NCBI GenBank assembly: GCA_044892505.1
Contig: CM097882.1
Span: 468,224,001-468,288,000 of the forward strand
Direction: 5' to 3'
Origin: Schmidtea nova
Lineage: Eukaryota
DNA length: 64,000 nt
The translations under genes were made by a program, and so were the position numbers. The notes beneath the pieces are model-generated. The model did no database searches and was not told the DNA's origin. It saw nothing but the letters and a program-made list of their open reading frames with translations. Shown here piece after piece: positions 50,824 through 64,000 of the stretch. Position 1 is the first letter of the stretch. Each line of letters starts with the position of its first letter.

Positions 50824-52427
50824 GTAAAAATATTTACAGTTTTGAAACAATTCAGCTTTAAAATATTACTTTATTTTCGGTTGATATTGATTTATATTTG
50901 TGATGATGATGAATTCCAAATATTTGAGATGTAATAATTTTCATTTTATCATTTGACTTTGGTTATTTTTGTCAAATCGAATTACTTATATTTTCTCCAA
51001 TCGCAACTTATCTTCAGTATGATTGGTCTGTTTTAATTCAAGTAATTTTCGAGGTTTCTTATACGTTTCAAATTAAATTTGTACAGATATTATCTTTTTG
51101 GTAGAAATTGATTTGTACATAAATAAATGTGTTGTCCAAATTGTTTATTTTTTCGGTTATTTTTATTTTTAAATGTGTTTGAATTGAGATCGATAAAGTA
51201 CAAGAGTCAATTAAATAAAATCGGAATTTTTATCGAATTATTATTTATTTTGAGTTAATTTAAAGAATTTAGCCTAAAAACGTCAAGTCAACTTTTGGAT
51301 TTTAGGCTCTTTAGTTAAAAACAATTTGACTAGATTCATTCATCTACGAACGTTGAATTTATCGTATTTGACCTGATTTAACTAAAACAATAGATGAACC
51401 TAGCCTACCTCTGATTCATTTTTATAAAAAGTGAATCCATTTAATAATATACTATCTGCCTTTTTCTGTTTTTAAAATTTTGGATTTCATTTTCAATTTA
51501 TAGGGGCGACTTATTGTTATAAACTTCAATTTTTATAATTTAAATTTAAACATGTAATAAAGGGTAAATCTTTGTGGTACCCAATGAAAAACCCCAATAG
51601 CAGACTAGTTTCGGGCTTTTTGGCTCTCACTAATGCTATACAGGCGTCACTAATTCCTCTTCGCACCAGGTAAGTATAAAACAAAGTTGAAACAAATTTA
51701 TTAGATACTTCCTGGTACACTGGTGTTGGGCTAGCTATAAAACCGCCTTGAAACAAAATTGATCACAATTTACATATAAAAACAAACCAAATGAATAAAA
51801 TAAAATAAGAACTAGAACCAGAAACAAATCTTGAAGGGAAAAAAATAAATAGAAAATTATTAAATAAACCTACTGACCATGAGTAAAAATTACAACCAAA
51901 TAAAGCGAATCAAACAGAAACATACAATAAGAAAGACAGAATTAAATCAACTAAAACAAAAAATAATAAAATAAAAGTGCTTTTAATTTAATAATTGTTT
52001 GAGCATTGAGCCACCAGGCAGAATGCGCCAACATGTCCTTTATTAAATTAAAATAAATAAACCAAATTACCTGTTAACTCGGCGGGTGGTCCAATTTTGA
52101 TTGAGTAAAAAACCGACTTCAGTATACAGACTCACAAAACAACGCAAAATTTCGTACGAACGGATAAAACCGAGAAACTGCTAAACTGTTTTTTTTTCAT
52201 TTTGATAGTACCAGAACATTCAGAAGTACACAGACGATGATGAAGTAATTTATGATTTGTTATTTTTAATTATTGAGGGTAAACTCTCATACTTTCCTTA
52301 AAAAAAGTGCTGGTGACCTCGTGGTGTCCTGCCGTAAGTTACCAGGGAGTTGTCGTTACACGATTTCATTCATCAATTGATATTGATCGGGATTTACTGC
52401 TAGTATTAATTTATTCCTTGGGATGGG

Positions 52428-52866
52428 CAGGCCTGGATTTACCCTTAGGCTGACAAAGTTGAAGCCTAGGGCTCTGACCGGTGAGGCCACAAATTTTGTA
52501 TCATTATTATAAAGACTTATTACATCTTTTAATTATTTGCAGATTATTATATTTATGTAATATAAGTAAAGAAGTATTTAATTATATTACATATTATATT
52601 TATTATAACACCTTTCTAAAGTAAAAATTTCACGAAAGCACAATATTTTTCAAATTTTTATTTAAAAGAAAACAATGTTGGATTTGATTTTCTTCAACCG
52701 TTTACAAACAAAACATTAAAATCAAATCATTGATTCAGATTATTGATTGTGCTTTTAAAGTCAGACAGAATAGCATTAACAAATTAATCTTTTTGTTTAA
52801 AAAAATTATAAAAGGGTCCCATAAGATTTTTAGCCTTGGCCCCCCTCAAGAGTAAATACGGCTCTG
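52428..52866. mobile_element. Probable hAT-type MITE
   Basis: Imperfect TIR caggcctggatttac / gtaaatacggctctg; TSD-like gggatggg / gggataag. Confidence 0.45.
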
Positions 52867-53368
52867 GGGATAAGTGCTGCATAGAATTAGAGTCAATAAT
52901 ATTATTAACAGAATAAAAATTTGGTTGTCATTAACATTCGTTACAAAATGTCTACCAATTGTCACTTCATGTATAAAGTTTAGTAAAGTGTATCCACTGT
53001 TTGTTTTCGTCGACATCATGAGAACGATTTATTCATATGGATGGTGTATAAATCTACGATTTATTATGGTCAGATAACCACAATGCTAAATTTGAGTTAC
53101 GTATAGAAAATGGTATAATAATGATCAAGCCGAGTCAGTCAGAGATTCATAACAGAGACGGCCATGGTTCAATAATGAATTTCATCCAAAATTTAAAAAG
53201 CAAATTCCACTATGATATATAAACAAAATATGTAAAATTGAATTTCAGCAACAGTCAAAATAAACAATAACGCCAAAGCAGCAGTCAAGAACTAAATTGA
53301 ATCCCAGATTGCCGCATCGATTTATCGGGAGTATCCAACCAAAGCGCAGAGTAAGCGCGTCTTAGTTC

Positions 53369-53563
53369 TGTAAGTAACTCTTGTAGTTACTATTTTTTAT
53401 GTTTTCGTTTTGTCTTAATGTACATGGAAATGCGTGTAAATACGTAAAGTGGAAATTAGTTACAAATAAAATAAATCAATTCTACAATTATTATTAATTC
53501 TTTTATAATAAATTACAATAATTACAATTATCTACAATAAATTCCTATTGACTATTCTTTTAA
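53369..53563 (+). repeat. 5' LTR
   Basis: Starts tgtaag; about 10 differences by eye from 61623-61813; followed directly by the PBS. Confidence 0.85.
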
Positions 53564-53565
53564 AA

Positions 53566-53580
53566 TGGTGTCAGAAGTGG
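53566..53580 (+). promoter_or_regulatory. Primer binding site (tRNA-Leu-like)
   Basis: tggtgtcagaagtgg, complementary to the 3' end ...CCACTTCTGACACCA of metazoan tRNA-Leu. Confidence 0.85.
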
Positions 53581-53679
53581 AATATAAATTATTAATCCTA
53601 ATCTTATATATTTGTCAAATTATGGCATATACTTACTTTTGTCCTGATATTTTCAATCCATTGCGTCCTCTAATACGAT

Positions 53680-54060
53680 ATGTCACACGAAGGAAAAGAC
53701 GAATACATTCTCAAAATAAGGGAATTTCATCCTAACTGCAAACAGCAACCGAATCCGTTTGTTGTCATAAAAGATGTAAAGAAAATCATGCTCAATCGAA
53801 ACAAACAGTTTCCGTGTTGGATACCGGTCCATTTGCGCGATGAAGTCGTTCATTATTTGTTAAGTGCGTCGTCAAATAAAGATGAGGATTTTTTCGATTT
53901 TTTCGAAAAGATTTTGTTTACTTGTGAATTTACGAAACGTCGAGTTAAATTAGAAAAGATTAATAGGTCAGTGATATTGCGCAGTTTTATGGAAGTGAAA
54001 CCAAAAGCAACTTGCATTGAACATGATCTACAGGAAATTATTGAATCGAGAAATCAATGA
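53680..54060 (+). CDS. Orphan 126-aa ORF inside the LTR element
   Basis: Uninterrupted ATG-to-TGA ORF; no family recognised. Confidence 0.35.
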   Translation: MSHEGKDEYILKIREFHPNCKQQPNPFVVIKDVKKIMLNRNKQFPCWIPVHLRDEVVHYLLSASSNKDEDFFDFFEKILFTCEFTKRRVKLEKINRSVILRSFMEVKPKATCIEHDLQEIIESRNQ

Positions 54061-54092
54061 GTCAATTTATGTTGTTTTTGATCGACGCGTCA

Positions 54093-55005
54093 ACGAGATA
54101 TATATATATATATATATATACGTTGGACAAAGTGAATTTAAAATTGGTTCCGGTTTAATGAATAATGGAGTTGTCGATGAAAAAGCTTCTTACAATAATT
54201 TTTTCAATGTGTCAATGTCTAGTCAATTTGTTCCACGTAGCATCTTTGTAGATCTTGAGCGGACAGTTACTGAACAAATGAGATCTGGATCTTATCGTCA
54301 GTTATATCATCGAAATCAACTGATTAATAGATATGAAGATGCTGCAAACAATTTTGCTAGAGGTTTCCATACCGTCGGTAGGATCATGAAACGCGTATAT
54401 GAAATCGAATTAGAAAAGAATTTAAAATAAATGATTCTATTCAAGGAATTCATATTTATTGATCTCTAAGAAGTGGTACCGGATCGGGAATGACTGCAAC
54501 ATTATTTGAAAACCCACTTGAGTATCCTAAAATATCCAAAGTCAAAATTCCCATCCACCCCTTTCCTCATTTATCATGTTCAATCATTGAACAGTATAAT
54601 TGTATTTTGAGTGAAAATTTTTGCATGGATGAATATTAGCTTGTTGATTGATAATGAATCTCTTTATGATATGATGCTAGAACAAATAGATGTAAAAGAG
54701 CCGGTATTGCATCATATTAATAGATTGATAGCCCAAGTTTGTAGCTCGTTAACAGCCTTTAGTAGATTCGAAAACGAATTATACAATGATTTTTCAGTAT
54801 TACAAAATCTTTCCTTATCCAAGAATACATTTTCCATTAGTTAGTTATACACAATTTTATTCAGAAGCAAAGCTGGTTTGCGATACAAATACGATCTCTG
54901 AATTAACGCATGCAGTGTTTAGTTATTCAAATCAGCTTGTAAAGTGTGGCCTTGCTAGTGAAAAATATATGTCCTGTTCGTTGGTTTATAGAGACGTTAA
55001 AAGAT
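54093..55005 (+). pseudogene. Divergent alpha-tubulin pseudogene, intronless and 3'-truncated
   Basis: VGQ, FVPRSIFVDLE, EDAANNFARG, SGTGSG, LIDNESLYD, NRLIAQVCSSLTA, PYPRIHFPL and KYMSCSLVYR; frameshifts, stop and a (TA)n expansion at the N-terminus. Confidence 0.92.
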
Positions 55006-55551
55006 TAAAGGATTCTCCTAGTCTATCCGAAAAGACTGATAAACTTTTTAATTTCCTCAAATTGGACTACAGTCTAGATGAATTTTATGATTTTTTCGTT
55101 TTCCTGATTTTTACTTTACTATTCACTGTTCCAATAATTATGTTGATTAATAGTGATATGCTCATGATATTGTATGAAGTGACGTTCCTTACTACTTCCC
55201 AAATACGACACACTCTCTGTTTCGGCCCATGCCTGCGCATGAATGGTGGTGTTGTTGGCGCGTGTGTGAGCATGGCTTTGTATATTTTTAGTTTTTTAAT
55301 TGTTATGAATTTTAGGAATTGATTTGTGTTTTTTGAGTATTATGAATTTTTATTATTATGATGATTTAAAGTTAAAAAGTAATATAAATTACTAATTAAC
55401 AAAAGTCTTGTTTAAATATATTAATAATTTGGTTAACAAGGAAAATTAGAGATTTGAATTTATCGTGGATTTTCTCAATTGTATAATAAAATTGAATTGT
55501 TATTGATGATCGATCGAAATATATTTTCCTGGAGATAAATTTTCTGTAATC

Positions 55552-56429
<878 letters not shown>

Positions 56430-56916
56430 TGATTTTTATAACAAACTTATCTTTTCGGTTTGCTTCTAGCCTAATAATTTATTGCTGCAATCAAATGAGA
56501 GTGAAGCTCTTTTGTGAATCATTGCGAAAACACTTAACATACCGAAATAAAATAATGGGGACAAGCAAATATCAACGATTTGTAACAGTTTCCTGTCATT
56601 TGAAGAAGAAAGTACTTGTTGGTATTGAGATTCTATTAGCAAATCTTTGACGAACATCAATCAATGCCATACAATGATGAACCCGAGTTTCAGCCGTATG
56701 GTTAATAGTAAGAGTTCTTACAATGTACTTTGGATAAATGCTGGGTTTATTGGGACCATTCCCAAACGAACACTAAAATATTAATTAAACATTAAGGATA
56801 AACTTTCTATCTTATTCAACTCATTAGACAAAGAATATAATTTTAATACACACGAGTATGCCCTCATTTATAACAATACAAGAAATTTAACAACAGACAC
56901 CCCACAAACTTTATAA

Positions 56917-59900
56917 ATGGGCAACAATTCATTCCTTGACATTTATTACCTTTTTAAAGGTGGCGCCGACAATAGTGATGAAGGAAACAGCGACAACAGT
57001 TACCCGAACACAATACACCAAATCAATAAACCATGTCATTTTTTCCTCAACGATCAAGGACCTCCCAAGGCGTAATTTATAATCTTGGAAACTTATTTCC
57101 AAAGTTACAACATAACCACACAAAAGCAACAATACAATTACTTATTGCAATTACTTATTGCAAATCCTTTCGCCTATTAGTGACGCAATAGTGTTAGCTG
57201 CATCACATTCAACCCAATACATAATCCTTAAAGACTCTGTACTAAATTACTATTCTGAGTCCCAGTCAAACGTTTTTCATCTTTATTTCAAACGTTTGAA
57301 CATAGACGATCAAAAGCCATCCATCTTTCTGAGCAAAGCGATATCTGATCGTGAAACTTTACAGAAAGGAATCACTGCAGGCGAAACAGTTTTAAAGCGT
57401 TTTTTCTTATTGGTCCTTCCAGCTACTACACAGACCGTACTAGCATCACTACCATCTGCAAATGTGAAAGAACTTGCAGAAGTAGCAGATAGAATCGCCG
57501 ACATAACGCAAACCAACAACCCAACCGTCAACACAATTAGTAAAAGAACCGAAATTACTAATGAAAACTTAATAGTAAACGCCATCGAGAAATTATCTCA
57601 GAAATTGGACAATCTACAAATAGATAGGCACAGTAGAAAACATACACGAAACAACTCCAACCGTTCCAGCAGAAACAGCTCGTTCAACAGAAATAAACGA
57701 CTGTCATTTTCACCAAAACTTTAGAAAAGACGCAAGAGTTTGTAATATAGGTTGCGAATGGCAAAATAAACTACCAACATGTAAAACACTTGACGTTTGC
57801 ATTTACTATGCCCGATACAAAAATCAAGCAAGGAAATGTCTCGAAGGTTGCAAGTATTCAACCAATAATTCCAGACAATTCAAAAAAGAGCAATAAAAAA
57901 ACTTGTAGTGCCCTCACTTGAAGCGACAGAAGTCGACGCAAGAGTTTGTAATATAGGTTGCGAATGGCAAAATAAACTACCAACATGTAAAACACTTGAC
58001 GTTTGCATTTACTATGCCCGATACAAAAATCAAGCAAGGAAATGTCTCGAAGGTTGCAAGTATTCAACCAATAATTCCAGACAATTCAAAAAAGAGCAAT
58101 AAAAAAACTTGTAGTGCCCTCACTTGAAGCGACAGAAGTCGATGGCAACCAAATTTCCTCTATTTCTTCTTCTTTCCAACTTCCTGTTTTTTCTTCCTTT
58201 TTCAATAACCTTTCTTTAAATCAAAATCCATTAAATTTCCTTATAGATACTGGTTCAAGCGTATCCTTATTACCCAAAATTTTCAGCTCAGACAAAAACA
58301 CAAAAATCCAACTGAGCGCAGCTAACGGTTCAACAGTATATACCACTGGAACCAAACACATTACATTTCGTATAGACAAAATGCCTGACTTATTTGAATG
58401 GATATTCTATATTGCGAATGTCACTTGTCCAATATTAGGTTCCGATTTCTTAGCTACAAGCAATCTTTTTGTCGATTGCAAGAACCGCAAAACTTTTAAA
58501 TCAAACAGTCAAGCTGGCAAAGCAATAACGGAAAATCAATCACTTTCAAACAGAAATACATACCCATATATACAAACTCTTCCAGAACGTTACAATAACT
58601 CAAATATTAAGACGAATAATTCCGTAAATAACACTGGAGTGTACCGACATTCAATAGTCACAACTCCAAAATTGCCACTTCGCGAAAAGGTACGCCCTCT
58701 ATCCAATGGAAAATTGGAATATGTTCGGAAAGAATTTTCGGAACTGGATGAACATGGAATTGTCAGAAAATCTTAGTCTCCATGGGCGTCACCAATAGAT
58801 TTAGTACTCAAAAGAGACGGAACCTACGGACCATGTGGCGACTACAGGAGACTCAACAATGTAACCGTTCATGATTCTTATCCAATGCTATTAATAAATA
58901 AAGTTTTACGCCGTTTAACAAACGCCAAAATCTTTTCAACCATTGACTTACAGAAAGCATATCACCAAATCCCAATGATTCCCACGTATGTATGCAAAAC
59001 AGCAGTAATTACACCAATACGAATATATGAATATCTCTACATGTCTTTTGGACTAAGGAACGCAGCACAAACCGTCCAGAAACACATCGACAACATACTT
59101 GAAAAATTCAACTTTGTTGTCGCATACGTAGAAGATATCTTAATAGGGTCCAAAAATACCACTGAACACGAAAAGCATCTTAATTTAGTCTTTAACGCAC
59201 TACATTCCAATAACTTAAAAATGAACCATAAAAAATGTTCGTTCTTTCAAGAAGAAGCCCGTTTTTAGGACATGTCATTAGAAGTGATGGGATTAGACCT
59301 TTTCAAGAAAGACTAGATTGCATCAAAAACTTTGAACTACCAAAAACGGTGACACAACTCCGACGTTTTATTGGCACAATAAATTACTGCCACAAATTCA
59401 TACCTAAGATCTCAGAAATCTTAGAACCAATTACAAATTTGTCGAATGGAAAGAAAAATGAACTAGTTAAATGGAGCCACGAAGCTCTACATTCTTTTAA
59501 CAGAGCTAAAGAGTCACTAATAAAAATACAAACACTGGCATACATAAAACCAGATCTTCCGATCACCTTGACGACGGACGCATCGAAGACAGCAATCAGA
59601 GCTATTTTGCACCAAATCAATCAAGGAACTCCCGAACCTTTAGAATTCCATTCACAAAAACTGAACGCGGCACAACAGCAGTACTCAACTTTCGACCGCG
59701 AACTCTTAGCAGTTTGCCTCTCCATTAAACATTTTCACATATTTTGGAAGGACGAAACTTCATTATATTCACAGACCATAAACCTATGGTACATGCCATA
59801 ACTATGAGAGACCCATCTCCTTGACAACAGAGACAAATTTCATATATTGCCGAATACAGCTGCACGATCACATATATAGCTGGCAGAGAAAACTTGTTGC

Positions 59901-61050
59901 AGATTGTCTTTCTAGAAGTTCCTGTGCAATAACTCACCCGCCACTACTTTCAGTCGACGAACTCAAGAGACACAAGCCAACAGAAAAAGACATATCCATT
60001 TTCTCATCTGGACACCTCAATGTCGATGACGTCGACTATGACATTTCAATTCCAGGCTGCATGATACCTATACTCGCAGTCCCATTACGTAAACCAGCTT
60101 TTTCAGTAATTCACGACTTACACCACCCAGGTTCTTCATCAGCATACGAATTCCTGCGAACCAGGATTGTATGGCCTTTCATGAGAAAATATATAAAAGA
60201 TTGGGTATCACAATGTTTATTTTGTCAACAAAACAAAATAAGCAAAAACACTAAACCGCCAATAATGAAGTTTCCAACTGGAAATCGATTTGATGTTGTA
60301 TGCATCGACCTAGTAGGCCCATTACCAATGGATAACGGATATAGTCATATACTGACTATGATTGACAGAAAAACAGGCTGGTTCGAAGAAATCCCATTAA
60401 AAACAATAACAGCCGAAAACGTTGCAACCAAGATCGTTCAGGATTGGATTTCACGTTACGGCGTTCCTAGAAACATCATAACAGATCGCAGAGCACAATT
60501 TGAATCCTTAATCTTCAAGCATCTTACTAAAAGATTAGGAATCAAAATTTTAACCTCTACAGCATAATACCCGCAGGCAAATGGTCTGTTAGAATGATTT
60601 CACAGGACTTTGTAAACCTCTCTGAGAATTCTCTCTATCTCAAAAGGTTGGACCTTACGTTTTAATGGGATGGAGAAACACTCCATCTACAACTACAGGA
60701 TCAACTCCTTCTTAACTTCCATTCGGAACGCAAACTTCATTAGCTTTCGAGATCATAAATTTTGAAACAGTTCAACTTTAGAGGAACTCGAGACAGCAAG
60801 AGCACACTTCCTCACTATCAACCCAGACCCTCAATTAACAACAAGTACCACATACAAACCTTATATCCCAAGAAGCTTTTAAAAAGCAACTCACGTTTGG
60901 ATCAGAACAACATCTGATTCTGGTTTAAAACTGAGATACCTAGACCCACACAAACTCTTAAAGATCATTGATAATCACGCACATGTGATCATCGACGGAC
61001 AAAATCAGACAATAAACTTAAGTCGATTGAAACCAGCATTAGGTTTCATC
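56917..61050 (+). pseudogene. Gypsy gag-pol, disrupted
   Basis: Gag DQKPS and CIYYARYKNQARKC; protease FLIDTGSS; RT SPWASP, CGDYRRLN, YVEDI; RNase H TTDAS; integrase HHCC, IDLVGPL, TDR, NGLLE. Confidence 0.95.
57729..58140 (+). repeat. 206-bp tandem duplication at the gag/pro junction
   Basis: Copies 57729-57934 and 57935-58140; ORF track shows MPSLEATEVD at 57908 and 58114. Confidence 0.95.
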
Positions 61051-61610
61051 GAATTAACAAATTCACAAGACCATGAAGTCAACACGTCATAGAAAGAAAC
61101 CACGATTTCATGGACAATCAAGATTTTAGTACTTGTCCAAATGAAAACCAAAACATTATCCAAAATCAAAATCAAACGAATGATTTTGAGACAAATACAA
61201 CAATACCAAACAATACCGAACAAACATACAAACCAAACACATCAATTGAAACTCAAGACTTAAAGAACAAACAATCAAACAAAAAATCGATTCTAAAAAA
61301 CAACCAATAAGACATACCTTCATCAAATACAAGATCCAAAAAGACATCTTTTGCATATTGGGTACTTGAAAGAACAATAGGACAACCGAAAATTATCGAA
61401 AAATACCGAAAAATACCCCTACACGGTTGATACGCACTATAAAATAACCTAAAAACACATAATAAAAATCTATAATTAACCTTTTTTCTTTTTCTTCTTT
61501 TTCTCTACCTTCTTCAAAATTGTCGCAAATCTGTACACACCTGTAGATAAATATGTAAATAAAAAGTGTGTTCGTTCAGACAATGGTTTCCACATGATCC
61601 GCACTTTTTT

Positions 61611-61620
61611 CGGGGGACTG
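61611..61620 (+). promoter_or_regulatory. Polypurine-tract-like motif before the 3' LTR
   Basis: cgggggactg, 2 nt upstream of tgtaag. Confidence 0.6.
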
Positions 61621-61622
61621 TT

Positions 61623-61813
61623 TGTAAGTAATTCTTGTAGTTACTATTTTTTATATGTTTTCGTTTTGTTTTTATGTACATGGAAATGCGTGTAAATACG
61701 TAAAGTGGAAATTAATTACAAATAAAATAAATCAATTCTACAATTATTATAAATTTTTTTATAATTAATTACAAGAATTACAATAATCTACAATAAATTC
61801 CTATATTCTTACA
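61623..61813 (+). repeat. 3' LTR
   Basis: tgtaag...cttaca termini; aataaa inside; matches the 5' LTR. Confidence 0.88.
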
Positions 61814-62769
61814 TGATCACCGACTTTAAATTTCGGTTTTAATTTTTTTTTTCTCGATAGTCATAAATCGATTTCATTTTTAGATGAAATATCCAGTTAA
61901 ACCTCTATGTGGCGAATGATTATAACTATGTATGATTTTTGGAAAAACATTTATCCAAGTTTTATTACCTTGGTACACGAAAAACCTTTTGAGTCTCACT
62001 CAGTTTTCGAGCAAATCTCTCAACATGAGCTGTCTTGTATTCACAATGTACAGCGTAATGATTTCTTTTAAGGTAATCCGTTATTTTATTTACTTTGCTG
62101 TTGTAAAATTTCTTACCTAAATGAATTGTAAATTTTTTACATGTCCATTTGTAATCTTGATTTCTATAGCTTTGGAAATATCATCAGTATACTTTGATTT
62201 TACTAGAATAGCATGATTGATAAATTTATATTTCCCCAACAACCCAATAACTTAACAGTGCTTTCTTGTACACAATCACTGCAAACTTTTAACATTATAT
62301 AAAACAACATATATGATTCATGTTCAGTTATGATAATAAAAACGTTCAATATTTGCACGAAATTTATTTTAAAGCAATAATAATGTTCATATCCGGCTTT
62401 TGGAATATTTTTTTTCATAATGGTGCATATTTTGAACATCTCCCTAACACAGATGATTGACATTTTTGATGTTTTGAAATTTATACATGTTTCACCGGAC
62501 AAGACTTATTAGTTTATCCTGTATTTAAATACTAACTATATATTTTGCATTATATTACGATTAAGATGTAAAAATATTTTTTTAATCTTTCGCCTGGGGC
62601 CTCAAATATAACTTTTGGCATGGCCTCCGTATCTATAAAGCCTGATCTGACTGCTGCAGCAATTACCATCACTTTTATTTAATGTCAAATTCATATCAAA
62701 ATTAAATTATTTTTATTGACTAACCCTAATCAATTTATTTTTATCTTGCAAAGCTAAACGCTTGATAAC

Positions 62770-63519
62770 ATGAAAAGAGAACGCAGAATATTACACAGTG
62801 AACATGCGAAAATTTCATATACTCAGCGTGCAGACAGGACGCAAAAGACCTATGCTCGGATCGAACCAGAAATAGCAACTATATTCAATAAGCAGGTTGA
62901 GCTGAATGCAGCGGCAGCTCCGAGAAATGTGTCATTTGGCACTTCCATGCGAATGTCAAGGATGTCACCTAGCATTAAAACGAGTGCCCATTCCTTGATA
63001 TTGCAAGAACCAGACTTACCGAAGATTAAGGATAAAACCTTCAATTTATCAATGTCGGAAACTATTACGGACACCACTAAATGTTAGTCAAAATGTTAGT
63101 TTTATCAAAATCTCAATTGGTAAATTATTTTCAGCAAAGGCGCTTCCAAGAATTAACCAAAATGATGTCTTGTTGACAATTAACGCTATTGCCGCAAGTT
63201 TGGGATTTTTAAATTTTGGGATAAATTTTATTTTTTATTTTGTTCAGAAAGTGCTAAAAGTAAAGATCAATTGTCAGCAAGACAAAAGGAAGAATCAGAT
63301 CAAAGAAGTTCTCAGAAGGCAAAATTTTCAATGCTACATTATTCTGCTCAGAATGACGGAACGGATTCTTTGAGTGGCTTACCACCGATTATCGAAAAAC
63401 GAAAGAGCATTCATTTACACGATTTACAATGTAACAAAATCACTTATAAAAAGGTGAACATTCTTCGATACAAAGAAAATGTATTTAGAGCGGCTTGTAA
63501 ATTAGCAAAAGGTTGTTAA
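62770..63519 (+). CDS. Three-exon orphan coding unit (62770-63082, 63135-63197, 63248-63519)
   Basis: Two GT-AG introns of 52 and 50 bp join three ORFs in frame (phase 1 / phase 1); no family recognised; true 5' end uncertain. Confidence 0.55.
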
Positions 63520-64000
63520 CTATCTAAATAATTTTTAAAGCATTTTAATATGAGTGTAACATTCACCGCGCATTTTTGGGGCAGTTCTTTTTTTTGTCCC
63601 TTTTCCCACAGTCTGAATATTGCCGATTTTCAACTTTATATTTACTACGGTTTAAACCTTTGAACCCTTGCCTCCTTGGCCTAATTTCTCCTATTTCTTG
63701 AACTCCCAGGCCCAAAGCAATTGTCACTTATCTGCTTCTAACTATGCCTATAACTTTTTGAACTGCTTGAGATAATCAAGCCAAATTTGGTATCCAGGCT
63801 CAGTCTCAAACAACAATTCAGCCAGATTATGAAAATTTATTATTTTAAAAATTTTGTTTTTGAAGCCGGTTTTTTGGCTTGTCGGGCGCAAAGGGTTAAT
63901 GATACATGACTTTAATTTTCAATTAAAATTTAAAATTATTTATAAAATATAAATTCAAAGAAATTTTTATCAAATTTCTATAAATATCCTGATCATGGTG

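Noticed and set aside
52300-52350. Hairpin ctggtgac...gttaccag next to a T-run on the - strand as a Pol III RNA
   Set aside because: No match to snRNA, SRP or tRNA sequences I can recall; a single short stem.
55141-55401. TG...CA bounded segment as a solo LTR within the cargo
   Set aside because: No TSD and no second copy in the window.
56961-56970. tggcgccgac as a second PBS
   Set aside because: It lies inside the gag frame starting at ATG 56917 (KGGADNS), and no LTR precedes it.
63640-63900. TTAA MITE ending gcgcaaagggttaa
   Set aside because: Only one terminus is clear; no matching left TIR or TSD was identified.

Overview
AT-rich eukaryotic (metazoan-like) scaffold segment with seven N-gaps; the species cannot be determined from the sequence. 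One clear host gene, a TBC1D10/EPI64-family RabGAP (+ strand, ~9.0-31.7 kb, multi-kb introns, 3' end not located), and a small 3-exon orphan coding unit at 62.8-63.5 kb. Nearly everything else is transposon-derived: hAT (near-complete, deleted and MITE copies), mariner, Tc1, a long-TIR Sola2-like element, TTAA and Harbinger-type MITEs, a Penelope-like element in head-to-head inverted configuration, a Gypsy LTR element and a decayed A-rich retroelement-like region. Two observations stand out. (1) Four distinct families of minimal Penelope-type hammerhead ribozyme motifs, each with a different base pair at core positions 3-8 (C-G, U-A, U-G, G-C), three of them inside short palindromic mini-elements next to (AAT)n tracts. 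(2) A Gypsy LTR pair enclosing, between the tRNA-Leu PBS and gag, an orphan ORF plus intronless 3'-truncated alpha-tubulin and enolase copies, consistent with host-gene capture. All calls were made by eye, without database searches or folding software.
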